A stretch of DNA of 20,000 nucleotides from an uncultured Gemmatimonadota bacterium. Its GTDB lineage: Bacteria > GCA-2686955. Each line of letters opens with the position of its first letter. Position 1 is the first letter of the stretch. Below the pieces are notes generated by a model. That model saw only the letters and a program-made list of their open reading frames with translations. It did not search any database and was not told where the DNA came from. Positions 1 through 8,548 of the stretch are shown here, piece after piece. Position numbers and translations under genes: made by a program. Location: positions 50,548 through 70,547 of the forward strand of contig CAZBBK010000025.1 in NCBI GenBank assembly GCA_964490075.1. The letters are read 5' to 3'.

Positions 1-175
1 TCGTGACCGGAAACCGCGCCGAAACTCGCGACTCCGGCCACGGAAACAAGAGTTGTGACCGATGGCCGACGGTGGCTCGCGGCTTCGGCGCTGCGCGGAG
101 ACCGACGCCATCGATTCCGACTCGAACAACCCAGAAAACCTCGGCGATCTCTGCGTCCTCTGAGGCCTCAGCCCT

Positions 176-1123
176 TCACTCCCCCCGAATCCGCCGCTCG
201 GAGTCGCCCGCACCGCCCGGCCCGAGCAGCGCCAGGCGAATCAGCCCGGCGCCGCAGCGCAGCCGCGCCCGCCCCGCGCGCCCGCCTCGCAGCGGCACCA
301 CCAACACCCCCTCGACGAGGCGCGCCAGACCCGCCAGCGCGACCAGCGGCGCGATCCGCCGCCACGACCCCCCGCGCAGTGCCCAGTAGACCAGCCAGCT
401 ACGCCAGTGCTCCACGTGGCGCGCGGCCGACCAGGCCGGCCCGGTGCCGCCCCCCCGGTGATCCGCCACCGCGCGCGGCTCGTACTCCACATCGCCGCCG
501 AGCGCCCGCAGCCGATCGCAGAGATCGACATCCTCGCAGTAGAGAAAGAAGCGCTCGTCGAAGCCTCCCAGCTCGCGGAAGAGCGCGGCCGGCAGCAGCA
601 TCAGCGCCCCGCTGACCCAGTGCGGGCTGCACGCGAGCGCGCGCTCGGCGGAGACCATCCGCAGCGCGCCCAGGGCCGGAATCCAGCGCGCCAGGGCGTC
701 GAGGCGCAGCGCGATCAGCAGCAGATGACGCAGCGCCGGACGGCGCCCGAAGGAGAGCTCGTCGGCGCCATCGGGAGCGATCAGGCGCCCCCCGACCAGC
801 GCCCGCGGCCCGGCCGCCCGCGCCCGCTCCCAGAGCGCCTCGACGGCCCCCTCCCGCAGCTCCGCGTCCGGATTGAGAAAGAGCAGGAGATCGCCGCCGG
901 CCAACCGGGCACCGGCGTTGCAGCCGGCCGCGAAGCCGCGGTTGCGCTCGACTCGCACCAGGCGCACCCCCGGCGGAAGCGTGTCCTCGTTCACCCCCAT
1001 CCCCTCGGCATGCCCGTGATCGACCACGATCAGCTCGCAGCCCGCCGGCACCGCGGCCAGCGCGGCGTGCAGCCGCTCGCGCGCGCCGTAGGCCACGACG
1101 ATAACGCTAAGTTCTTTCCGCAC
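176..1123 (-). CDS. Glycosyltransferase family 2 (WbbL/RfbF-like GT-A fold)
   Basis: N-terminal LSVIVVAY, IVVDH, NRGFAAGCNAG, LLFLNPD, WVSGALMLL, GGFDERFFLYCEDVDLC are typical GT2 motifs. GTG start. Confidence 0.92.
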   Translation of the reverse strand: MRKELSVIVVAYGARERLHAALAAVPAGCELIVVDHGHAEGMGVNEDTLPPGVRLVRVERNRGFAAGCNAGARLAGGDLLLFLNPDAELREGAVEALWERARAAGPRALVGGRLIAPDGADELSFGRRPALRHLLLIALRLDALARWIPALGALRMVSAERALACSPHWVSGALMLLPAALFRELGGFDERFFLYCEDVDLCDRLRALGGDVEYEPRAVADHRGGGTGPAWSAARHVEHWRSWLVYWALRGGSWRRIAPLVALAGLARLVEGVLVVPLRGGRAGRARLRCGAGLIRLALLGPGGAGDSERRIRGE

Positions 1124-1130
1124 CAGTGCC

Positions 1131-1139
1131 TGCTATGCT
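1131..1139 (+). promoter_or_regulatory. Extended -10 element (TGcTATGCT), probable leaderless promoter of the aminotransferase
   Basis: TG-n-TATGCT ends 6 nt before ATG 1146; no Shine-Dalgarno in the 22-bp divergent gap. Confidence 0.6.
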
Positions 1140-1145
1140 GAAACG

Positions 1146-2276
1146 ATGACCGAGGTACGTCTCTCCGAGCCGAGCCTGGGCGCCCTGGAGCGCCGCTACG
1201 TGGAGCAGTGTATCGAGAGCGGCCGCCTGGCGGCGGGTGGCGCCTTCGAGGCCCGCCTGGAGCGCGAGATCGCCCGCCACCTGGAAGTGCCCCCGGCCCA
1301 GGTGGTCGCGTGCGCTTCGGGGACCGCCGCGCTGACCCTGGCGCTGCTCGAGCTGGAGGTCGGCCCCGGCGACGAGGTGGTGGTGCCCCAGCTCAGCTAC
1401 GTCGCTCCCGCCAACGCAGCTGCTTGCCTCGGCGCGCGGCCGGTGCTGGCGGCGGTCGACCGGCGCTCTGGGCTGCTCGACCCGGCCGAGCTGGAGCGCC
1501 TGCTGGCCGATCGCGCGCGGGCCCGCGGCCGGGCTCCGAAGGCGGTGATCGGCGTCGACCTGCTGGGCCGGGTGGCCCCCTGGGAGAGCCTGCTCGAGAT
1601 CGCCGACGCCCACCGCAGCACCTTGATCGAAGACGCCTGCGAGGCGCTGGGGGCGACCGGCGCCGGGGGGCGACCGGCGGGAGCCTTCACAGCAATCTCC
1701 TGCCTGAGCTTCAACGGCACCAAGACCGCCAGCGGCGGCTCGGGCGGCGCCCTTCGCCTCGCCGAGCCCGGCGCCGCCGACCGTGCCCGGATGCGCGCCA
1801 ACCACGGCCGCCGCCCGGGTCGCGACTTCGTGCACGAGCTGATCGGCGGCAACCTGCGCATCTCCAACCTGCACGCCGCCGTCGCATGCGCGCAGATGGA
1901 GCGCCTCGACGAGCTGATTCGGGGACGGCGCCGCGTCGGAGCGCGCTACCGGGAGGCGGTGCGGCGCCGCGGCTTGGCGCTCGACTGGCTCGCGGTGCCG
2001 CCCGGGACCCGTCACCTGGACTGGCTCCCCCCCTGCCTGGCGAGCGACGCCCAGACCCGCGAGCGAATCCTCGACGCCTGCGAGAACGAGAGCATCGAAG
2101 CCCGCCCCTTCTTCGCGCCGCTCCACCAGCTCCCCCCCTTCCGGGACTGCCCGCGCGGGAGCGGCGCGGCCGCCGAGGATCTCGCCGCGCGCGGCATTCT
2201 CCTACCCTCCTCGGCGTCGATGTCCGACGTTCTGGTCGACCGCATCGTCGACCTCATCGCACATTCCCTCCCATGA
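1146..2276 (+). CDS. DegT/DnrJ/EryC1/StrS family PLP-dependent nucleotide-sugar aminotransferase
   Basis: SGTAALTLAL, GPGDEVVVP, IEDACEALG (PLP Asp), SFNGTK (PLP Lys), GGNLRISNLHAAV, GILLPS. Confidence 0.93.
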   Translation: MTEVRLSEPSLGALERRYVEQCIESGRLAAGGAFEARLEREIARHLEVPPAQVVACASGTAALTLALLELEVGPGDEVVVPQLSYVAPANAAACLGARPVLAAVDRRSGLLDPAELERLLADRARARGRAPKAVIGVDLLGRVAPWESLLEIADAHRSTLIEDACEALGATGAGGRPAGAFTAISCLSFNGTKTASGGSGGALRLAEPGAADRARMRANHGRRPGRDFVHELIGGNLRISNLHAAVACAQMERLDELIRGRRRVGARYREAVRRRGLALDWLAVPPGTRHLDWLPPCLASDAQTRERILDACENESIEARPFFAPLHQLPPFRDCPRGSGAAAEDLAARGILLPSSASMSDVLVDRIVDLIAHSLP

Positions 2277-3349
2277 TCGCCCTCCTCCGCACGAAATCGC
2301 CGCCCCTCGCCGCCGCCGCCGCCGTCCTGATCGCCGGCTGCAACGATCTCTGCTGTGCCCCCGAGGGCGACCCGGCCGAGCTCGCGCTGCGCCAGGTCGT
2401 GCTCTCCGGCCGCCCCCTGGCCGGCGTCGTGGCCGATCCCGCGGGCTATGCCTGGACCTCGCAGGTGATCGGCCCCGGCTACCTGGTCTCCCCCGAGGGC
2501 GACACCGAGCGGCTCCAGGCCCCGATCGGCCTCGGCAGCGACCGTGCCGCCCTCGACCTCGATGCCGCCGGCCGTCCGATCTACGGCGTCTGGTACCGCG
2601 GCGTGGCGATCGCCGATCGCGCCGACTCCACCATCGACTACACCGTCTACGACGGCACCGGCGGCTGCCTGCCCTCGAACCGGGTCACCGCCGTGCGCGG
2701 CAATCCCGACGGCTCGATCCTGGTCGCCGTCGCCCGCAGCGAGGGCATCACCCGCGTCGACCCGGCCCAGGGCGGCGCTCCCTGCCCGCGCTGGACCTCG
2801 GAGAACAGCGCCATGGCCCTGGGTCCCGGCGTCGACGACACCGACGGCTGGATCGCCGGCATCAGCCAGGCCCGGAACGGCGAGCGTTGGGTCGCCGTCA
2901 ACCAGGACGCCCTCTATCGCTGGCGGGACGGCGGCACTCCCGCCGACCCCGACGACGACCAGTGGACCGCCTACCTGCCCTCCGATCGGCCGGAGCTCAC
3001 CTCCACGCAGTTCGCCCACCTGACCCGCGGGCCGCTCGGCGGGCTGTGGGTGGCGACCCAGGACGGACTGATCGTGGTTCGCGACGGAGTCTGGACCCGC
3101 GTCACCGAGCTGATCAGCCTCTCGGTGCAGCACGTCGATTTCGGGCCGGAGGGCTTCGCCTGGGTGTCGACCGGGGACGGAATCTCGGTGCTCTCGGTCG
3201 AGACCTTGCGCGAGCGGGCCCAGTACGGTCTCTTCTCCGGCCTGCCGGACCGCTCCGTCACCGCGATCGCCTTCGACCCCACCGGCACCTACGCCTACGT
3301 GGCCACCGGCGAAGGCATGGCGATCATGGACCGCGTCGACGGCGATTGA
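2273..3349 (+). CDS. Lipoprotein with Reg_prop-type beta-propeller repeats (358 aa)
   Basis: ATG 2273 overlaps the upstream stop (ATGA). Hydrophobic signal ending in lipobox LIAG-C23. Repeats LPSNRVTAV, GGLWVATQDGL, AWVSTGDGIS, GLPDRSVTAIAFD, YVATGEGMA. The ORF-track N-terminus (1208-2272) is a shadow frame of the aminotransferase. Confidence 0.8.
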   Translation: MIALLRTKSPPLAAAAAVLIAGCNDLCCAPEGDPAELALRQVVLSGRPLAGVVADPAGYAWTSQVIGPGYLVSPEGDTERLQAPIGLGSDRAALDLDAAGRPIYGVWYRGVAIADRADSTIDYTVYDGTGGCLPSNRVTAVRGNPDGSILVAVARSEGITRVDPAQGGAPCPRWTSENSAMALGPGVDDTDGWIAGISQARNGERWVAVNQDALYRWRDGGTPADPDDDQWTAYLPSDRPELTSTQFAHLTRGPLGGLWVATQDGLIVVRDGVWTRVTELISLSVQHVDFGPEGFAWVSTGDGISVLSVETLRERAQYGLFSGLPDRSVTAIAFDPTGTYAYVATGEGMAIMDRVDGD

Positions 3350-3360
3350 CGCGCCTTCGA

Positions 3361-5046
3361 TCAGCCCTTCACGATGTTGTCGATCACCAGGTAGGTCGTC
3401 GCCACCTGCCCGACCACCGCCACCAGCTCGCGGAAGAGCTGCCAGTAGTCGCGCGGTTCCTTTCCTGGGATCCAGATCGTGTCGCCGGGGCGGATCGGCG
3501 TCTCGTCGTCGAGCTCCAACCACTGGCCGGTCGACCCGGCCACCAGCCGGCGCTCGCTGCGGTCGGCGCGATCTGTGGTGCCGCCCGCCCGCTCCACATA
3601 GTGGGCGAAGCCGGCTCCCTCCAGACGCGCGTAGCCGCCGGGCCGCATCACGGCGCCGGAGACGTAGACCATGTCATCGCGGCTCGGCACCCGAATCGCA
3701 TCGCCGGCGCGCAGCAGCGGATTCTCGGACGGATCGTCGAGATCGTCGAGCGCCACGTAGATCACCCGCGCCGCCAGCATGCGGCGCTGCAGCTGGTACT
3801 CGAACTCGCCGTGCTCCTGGATCGCCCGCGGAGTCATCCGAATCCGATCGGTGGTCGGATCGAGGCGCAGATCCTCGCCCTCGCGCATCACATAGGTCTC
3901 GTGTGAGACCGCCTCGGCCGTGAATCCGCCGGCCAGCAGCAAGATATCTCGGACGGTGTCCTCGTCGGGCAGCAGCGGGTATTGGCCGGGGAAGCGCACC
4001 GCGCCCTCGACGGTCACGGTGGCCGGGGCTCGGCGCTCCGCAGAGGAGGGCACGAAGATATGGTCCCCCGGCTCGATCTCCGCCAGCGCGGCGCGCGCGG
4101 CGTTGGTGATCACCCGATCCCCATTGCGGCCGGCGCGCTTGATGAGAATGAACTCCGACGCCTCGGCGGTGACACCGCCCGCCAGACGCAAGAGATCGAG
4201 CGCGCTGTCGTGGGCCAGGAGCTCGTAGACACCAGGCGCATAGACCGCGCCGTCGATGCGCACCAGCTGGCGATCGCTCGGAATCACCAGCCGGTCGCCA
4301 CCCCGCAGCACCGGGTTCTCGGCTCCCGGCCAGCCCAGCCGGGCGGCGGCCGCGTCGATCGGCCGCGGGGGCTCGCCGGCGCGGTGCAGGTAGACCCGGC
4401 GCCATTCGGGAGCGATCGGGGCGGCCTCCTCCGCCGCTTCCGGTTCCTGCTCCGCCAACCGCTCTTCCTCCTCGACCTCCGGCACCACGATCTGGGCCGT
4501 GCGCAGACCGCTCGGACCGACGCGCGCCTTGCCCAGGGCCTCGTCCAGCACATCCGTGACGCGCGTGAAGGGGGTCGCCAGGAACTCCCCCGGAAAGGGC
4601 ACCGCGCCCGCCAGCCGGACTCGGAAGGTGCGCGTGTTGCGCAGCCGCACCTGGATCTCGGCGCCGGGGTAGTAGCGCTGAAGAGTGGCGGCGACCTGGC
4701 GCTCGGCCTCGGCGACCGAGAGCCCGTCGACCTGCAGCGCACCCCCCGGTGTGACGGTCAGGGAGCCGCTCGGACCCACCCACTCGAAGCGCCGCTCCTC
4801 GGCATCGCCGAGGATCAGGATCTCGAGCTGATCGCCCGGACCGAGGGCGTAGGTCGAAGGGTCGACCGCGCCGGGCGGCACCGTGGTGGCCACCGGCGCT
4901 CCGGCCGCCCCGGTCGCTCCCGCGTCGCCCCCGAGAGAGAGGGCGCCGGGCAACAGATCCTGCGGCTCCAGGGCGCGCCCGCTGCCGGCCAGAGCGAGGA
5001 TCGAGACCGTCGCCGCCGCCACGACGCGCTGCACGCGACTCATCAT
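3361..5046 (-). CDS. Polysaccharide export protein (Poly_export domain plus multiple SLBB domains; Wza/KpsD-like)
   Basis: Start ATG 5046 overlaps the rmlA-like stop (ATGA). Signal-like N-terminus, YALGPGDQLEI, repeated SLBB motifs (LAGAVPFPGEF, IDGAVYAPGVY, VEGAVRFPGQY, VSGAVMRPGGY; LxxAGG; xxGDxIxVP), C-terminal hydrophobic helix. Confidence 0.88.
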   Translation of the reverse strand: MMSRVQRVVAAATVSILALAGSGRALEPQDLLPGALSLGGDAGATGAAGAPVATTVPPGAVDPSTYALGPGDQLEILILGDAEERRFEWVGPSGSLTVTPGGALQVDGLSVAEAERQVAATLQRYYPGAEIQVRLRNTRTFRVRLAGAVPFPGEFLATPFTRVTDVLDEALGKARVGPSGLRTAQIVVPEVEEEERLAEQEPEAAEEAAPIAPEWRRVYLHRAGEPPRPIDAAAARLGWPGAENPVLRGGDRLVIPSDRQLVRIDGAVYAPGVYELLAHDSALDLLRLAGGVTAEASEFILIKRAGRNGDRVITNAARAALAEIEPGDHIFVPSSAERRAPATVTVEGAVRFPGQYPLLPDEDTVRDILLLAGGFTAEAVSHETYVMREGEDLRLDPTTDRIRMTPRAIQEHGEFEYQLQRRMLAARVIYVALDDLDDPSENPLLRAGDAIRVPSRDDMVYVSGAVMRPGGYARLEGAGFAHYVERAGGTTDRADRSERRLVAGSTGQWLELDDETPIRPGDTIWIPGKEPRDYWQLFRELVAVVGQVATTYLVIDNIVKG

Positions 5047-5780
5047 TCGCACGCTCGCCGCGCCGCGGCCGCCTCGGCGACCAGGTCGGTTGCGCGCCGC
5101 AGGGAGTCGAAGGTCCCGGCGTCGGTCCACCAACCATCGAGGACCGAATAACGCATCTCAGCGCGCTCGATGAAGTGGTTGTTGACGTCGGTGATCTCGA
5201 GCTCGCCGCGCGCCGAGGGCTCGAGTCCCTCGATGATCTCGAACACCGACGCGTCGTAGAGATAGACACCGATCACGGCATAGGAGCTGGCCGGCCGGGT
5301 CGGCTTCTCGACGATGCGCACGATCCGCTCGCCCGCGATCTCCGGCACGCCGAAGCGCTCGGGATCGGGCACCTCCTTGAGCAGAATGCGCGCCCCCCTG
5401 GGGCTCTCGCGAAACGCGGCCACCGCGGGGGCGATGCTCTTCTCGATGATGTTGTCGCCCAGGATCACGGTGATCGGCTCGCCCTCGGCGAAGTCCTTGG
5501 CCAGCGAGAGGGCGTCGGCGATTCCCCCTTCGCCCTCCTGGTAGGCGTAGTGCATCCGCTTCAGGCCGAAGTCCTTGCCGTTGCGCAAGAGCTTCAAGAA
5601 GTCGCCCGCCGAGTCGCCGCCGGTGACCACCAGGATCTCTTCGATGCCGGCATCGACCAGCTTCTCGATCGGGTAGAAGATCATCGGCTTGTCGTAGACC
5701 GGCAGCAGGTGCTTGTTGGTCACCCGGGTCAGTGGATTCAGCCGGGTGCCGAGACCGCCGGCCAGAATGACGCCCTTCAT
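5043..5780 (-). CDS. rfbA: Glucose-1-phosphate thymidylyltransferase-like sugar nucleotidyltransferase (short RmlA/SpsI type, 245 aa)
   Basis: MKGVILAGGLGTRLNPLT, NKHLLPVYDKPMIFYP, LGDNI, SARGELEITD, WWTDAGT. ATGA overlap with the ugd stop. Confidence 0.88.
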   Translation of the reverse strand: MKGVILAGGLGTRLNPLTRVTNKHLLPVYDKPMIFYPIEKLVDAGIEEILVVTGGDSAGDFLKLLRNGKDFGLKRMHYAYQEGEGGIADALSLAKDFAEGEPITVILGDNIIEKSIAPAVAAFRESPRGARILLKEVPDPERFGVPEIAGERIVRIVEKPTRPASSYAVIGVYLYDASVFEIIEGLEPSARGELEITDVNNHFIERAEMRYSVLDGWWTDAGTFDSLRRATDLVAEAAAARRACE

Positions 5781-7099
5781 GACGCGACGCTCCCGCGGCC
5801 GAAGCCGTCGTAGTGGAAGCCGGCCTCGATCACGTTGGCCGGGTCGTAGATGTTGCGGCCGTCGATCACCACCGGGTTCCTCATCGACTCGCGCACCCGA
5901 TCCAGGTCGAGCTCCTTGAAGGCATCCCATTCGGTGACCACCACCATGGCGTCGCAGCCTTCCACGGTCTCGTAGACCGAGCGGCAGAGCTCGACATCCC
6001 AGCCGTGGCGAAGCGCCTCCTCGCCGGCCACCGGATCGTGGGCGCGCACTCTCGCCCCGAGCGCGCGAAGCTCGGCGATGATGCGCTCCGAGGGGGCGGC
6101 GCGCAGGTCGTCGGTGTTGGGCTTGAAGGAGAGCCCGAGCAGGCCGATGGTGCGCCCTTTCAGATCGCCCAGCACCCGGTGGAGCTTCTGGATGACGCGC
6201 AAGGGCTGCGCGTCATTGACCTTCATCACCGCGTCGACGATCTGCAGATCGTAGCCGGCGTTGGCGGCGATCTCCAGCAAGCCCTCGGTGTCCTTCGGGA
6301 AGCAGGAGCCGCCGTAGCCGATGCCCGCGTGCAGGAACTTCGGCCCGATGCGGGAGTCCATCCCCATCCCCTTGGCCACCGTGTCGATGTCGGCGCCGAC
6401 CCGCTCGCAGACGTTGGCGATCTCGTTGATGAAGCTGATCTTGGTCGCCAGGAAGGCGTTCGAGGCGTACTTGATCATCTCGGCCGACTCGACGTTGGTC
6501 GAGATGATCGGCGTCTCCAGCGGGGGGATCGAGAGCGGATCGTAGATGGTGCGCATGATGTGCAGCGCGCGCGCCGAGCTGCAGCCGAGCACGATCCGGT
6601 CGGGGCGCTTGAAGTCGTTGATCGCCGAGCCTTCGCGCAGGAACTCGGGGTTGGAGACGATGTCGAAATCGAACTCCTGCTCCTGCCGGCTGCGGATCAG
6701 ATCCTGCACCCGGGCCCCGGTTCCGGCCGGCACGGTGCTCTTGTTGACGATCACCTTGTAGCCGTTCATGTAGCGGGCGATCTCCGCGGCCACCGCCTCT
6801 ACGTACTTCAGGTCGACACCTCCCCCCTCCTTGGGCGGCGTGCCGACGGCGATGATGATCACCTCGGAATCGATCACGCCCTCGCGCATCGAGGTGCTGA
6901 AGGAGATGCGCTCCTGCTTCTGGTTCTGCTGCACGAGCTCGGCCAGTCCGGGCTCGAAGATCGGCATGATCCCGTTCTCGAGGCCGTCGATGCGGTCCTC
7001 GTCGATGTCGACGCAGATCACCTCGTTGCCGAGGTCGGCCAGGCAGGTGGCGGTCACCAGACCGACATAGCCGGCACCGACGACACAGATCTTTTTCAT
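5777..7099 (-). CDS. ugd: UDP-glucose/GDP-mannose dehydrogenase family (UDP-glucose 6-dehydrogenase)
   Basis: GAGYVG NAD-binding motif, NKSTVPAGT, SNPEFLREG, KYASNAFLATKISFINE, GYGGSCFPKD (catalytic Cys), FKPNTDDLR. GGAG upstream of ATG 7099. Confidence 0.95.
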   Translation of the reverse strand: MKKICVVGAGYVGLVTATCLADLGNEVICVDIDEDRIDGLENGIMPIFEPGLAELVQQNQKQERISFSTSMREGVIDSEVIIIAVGTPPKEGGGVDLKYVEAVAAEIARYMNGYKVIVNKSTVPAGTGARVQDLIRSRQEQEFDFDIVSNPEFLREGSAINDFKRPDRIVLGCSSARALHIMRTIYDPLSIPPLETPIISTNVESAEMIKYASNAFLATKISFINEIANVCERVGADIDTVAKGMGMDSRIGPKFLHAGIGYGGSCFPKDTEGLLEIAANAGYDLQIVDAVMKVNDAQPLRVIQKLHRVLGDLKGRTIGLLGLSFKPNTDDLRAAPSERIIAELRALGARVRAHDPVAGEEALRHGWDVELCRSVYETVEGCDAMVVVTEWDAFKELDLDRVRESMRNPVVIDGRNIYDPANVIEAGFHYDGFGRGSVAS

Positions 7100-7193
7100 T
7101 TTGGGGGCTGCTCCGGAGGGAGGCGCGCGGGCGCAAAACACGGCCCGCTATGGAAGCGCTCAGGCGGCTCTTGGTCAGTGGATAAACGTTGCG

Positions 7194-7202
7194 ACTTTAG
7201 CA
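7194..7202 (-). promoter_or_regulatory. Extended -10 (TGcTAAAGT), candidate promoter for the ugd-rfbA-export operon
   Basis: Minus strand reads ...ttggtg-N18-taaagt with TG-n before the -10, about 95 nt upstream of the ugd start. Confidence 0.45.
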
Positions 7203-7243
7203 AAGCCGATTCTGGCCCACCAAGGAATTCGGGGCGCGCCGCC

Positions 7244-7269
7244 GGGTCCCGGCAAAGTCGCCGGGACCC
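7244..7269. repeat. Perfect 10-bp inverted repeat (GGGTCCCGGC-aaagtc-GCCGGGACCC)
   Basis: Read directly from the ugd/alr divergent intergenic region. Confidence 0.8.
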
Positions 7270-7371
7270 TTCCCGCGGAGATGGCGTTGACTCACCCCGC
7301 GATCCCGGTGGATCCTGTCGCGGACCCGCGCCGCGGGCTTCGCGCCTTCCCCCTTTTTCGAGAGATCACCC

Positions 7372-8532
7372 ATCGTCACGCCGCCGCTGAGCTGGATCGA
7401 GATCGATTCCGACGCCCTGGACCACAACCGCCGCCTCTTCTTGCGGATGATCGGCGAGGGCCGGGCACTGATGCCGGTGGTCAAGTCCAACGCCTATGGG
7501 CATGGCCACGAGCTCATCACCCGCGCCCTGGCCGCGGCGGGCACGGGCTGGTTCGGGGTCAACTCGCTGGACGAGGCGCTGCGGACGCGGCGGCTGGCCC
7601 CCGACGCGCGCATCCTCGTCCTCGGCTACGTGGCGCCCGAGGCATTTCCCGAGGCGGTCGAGGCCGATGTCGACCTCACCCTGACCAATCCCTGCGAGAT
7701 TCCGCTCCTCGACCGGGCGGCGCGGGCAGCGGAGCGCCGCGGTCGATTTCATCTCAAAGTGGAGACCGGGACCCATCGCCGCGGGGTCCCCGCGGAGGAG
7801 TTCGACCAGGTCGCCGAAGCGGTTCGAGCGGCTTCGCCCCTGCTCTGTTGCGCCGGCCTCTCGACCCATTTCGCCAACATCGAGGACACGCTGGACCACA
7901 GCTACGCCCAAGAGCAGCTGCGCCGCTTTCGCCGGGCCGAGGCCGACCTGGCCGCTCTGAGGCTGCGCTTCGAGACACGCCATACGGCCTGCACCGCGGC
8001 CACCCTGCTCTTTCCCGACACCCACTTCGACCTGGCGCGGGTCGGCATCGGCCTCTATGGCCTCTGGCCGAGCCGCGAGACGCGCCTCTCGTTTCGGATG
8101 CAGGCGCGGCGCGAGGTGGAGCTGCGCCCCTGCCTGACCTGGAAGGCCCGCATCACGCAGATCAAGAGGGTGCCCCCCGGCTCGGACATCGGCTACGGCA
8201 GGTCCTACCGGACCGGATCGGAGAGCCGCATCGGCGTGCTCTCGGTGGGCTACCACGAGGGCTACGATCGGCGCCTTTCCAACGTGGCGCACACCCTCGT
8301 CGGCGGCCGCCGCGCCCCGGTCCGCGGCCGGGTCTGCATGAACATGACGCTGATCGACCTCAGCCACGTGCCGCAGGCGGCGGTGGGCGACGAGGCGGTG
8401 CTGCTGGGGCGCCAGGGCAAGGAAAGCGTCAGCGCCGAGGACCTGGCCGGCTGGTCCGGCACCATCAACTACGAGATCGTCTCGCGGATTCACCCCGATC
8501 TGCCGAGGGTGGCGGCGCGGGGCGGGGGGTGA
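7372..8532 (+). CDS. alr: Alanine racemase (start probably non-canonical ATC at 7372)
   Basis: SWIEIDSDALDHN, VVKSNAYGHG (PLP Lys), HLKVETGTHRRG, STHFA, RVGIGLYG, IGYG (catalytic Tyr), GYHEGY, GRVCMN, GTINYEIV. Conserved N-terminus extends upstream of the ORF-track TTG at 7441. Confidence 0.93.
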   Translation: MVTPPLSWIEIDSDALDHNRRLFLRMIGEGRALMPVVKSNAYGHGHELITRALAAAGTGWFGVNSLDEALRTRRLAPDARILVLGYVAPEAFPEAVEADVDLTLTNPCEIPLLDRAARAAERRGRFHLKVETGTHRRGVPAEEFDQVAEAVRAASPLLCCAGLSTHFANIEDTLDHSYAQEQLRRFRRAEADLAALRLRFETRHTACTAATLLFPDTHFDLARVGIGLYGLWPSRETRLSFRMQARREVELRPCLTWKARITQIKRVPPGSDIGYGRSYRTGSESRIGVLSVGYHEGYDRRLSNVAHTLVGGRRAPVRGRVCMNMTLIDLSHVPQAAVGDEAVLLGRQGKESVSAEDLAGWSGTINYEIVSRIHPDLPRVAARGGG

Positions 8533-8548
8533 TCGGGGCGGGCTGCCG

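Noticed and set aside
1208-2272. N-terminal half of the 713-aa ORF as a large fusion protein
   Set aside because: Arg/Pro/Gly-rich shadow frame over the aminotransferase; the real gene starts at ATG 2273 with a lipoprotein signal.
7100-7371. JUMPstart/ops element or riboswitch ahead of the polysaccharide operon
   Set aside because: No GGCGGTAG ops motif on the coding strand and no recognisable aptamer consensus.
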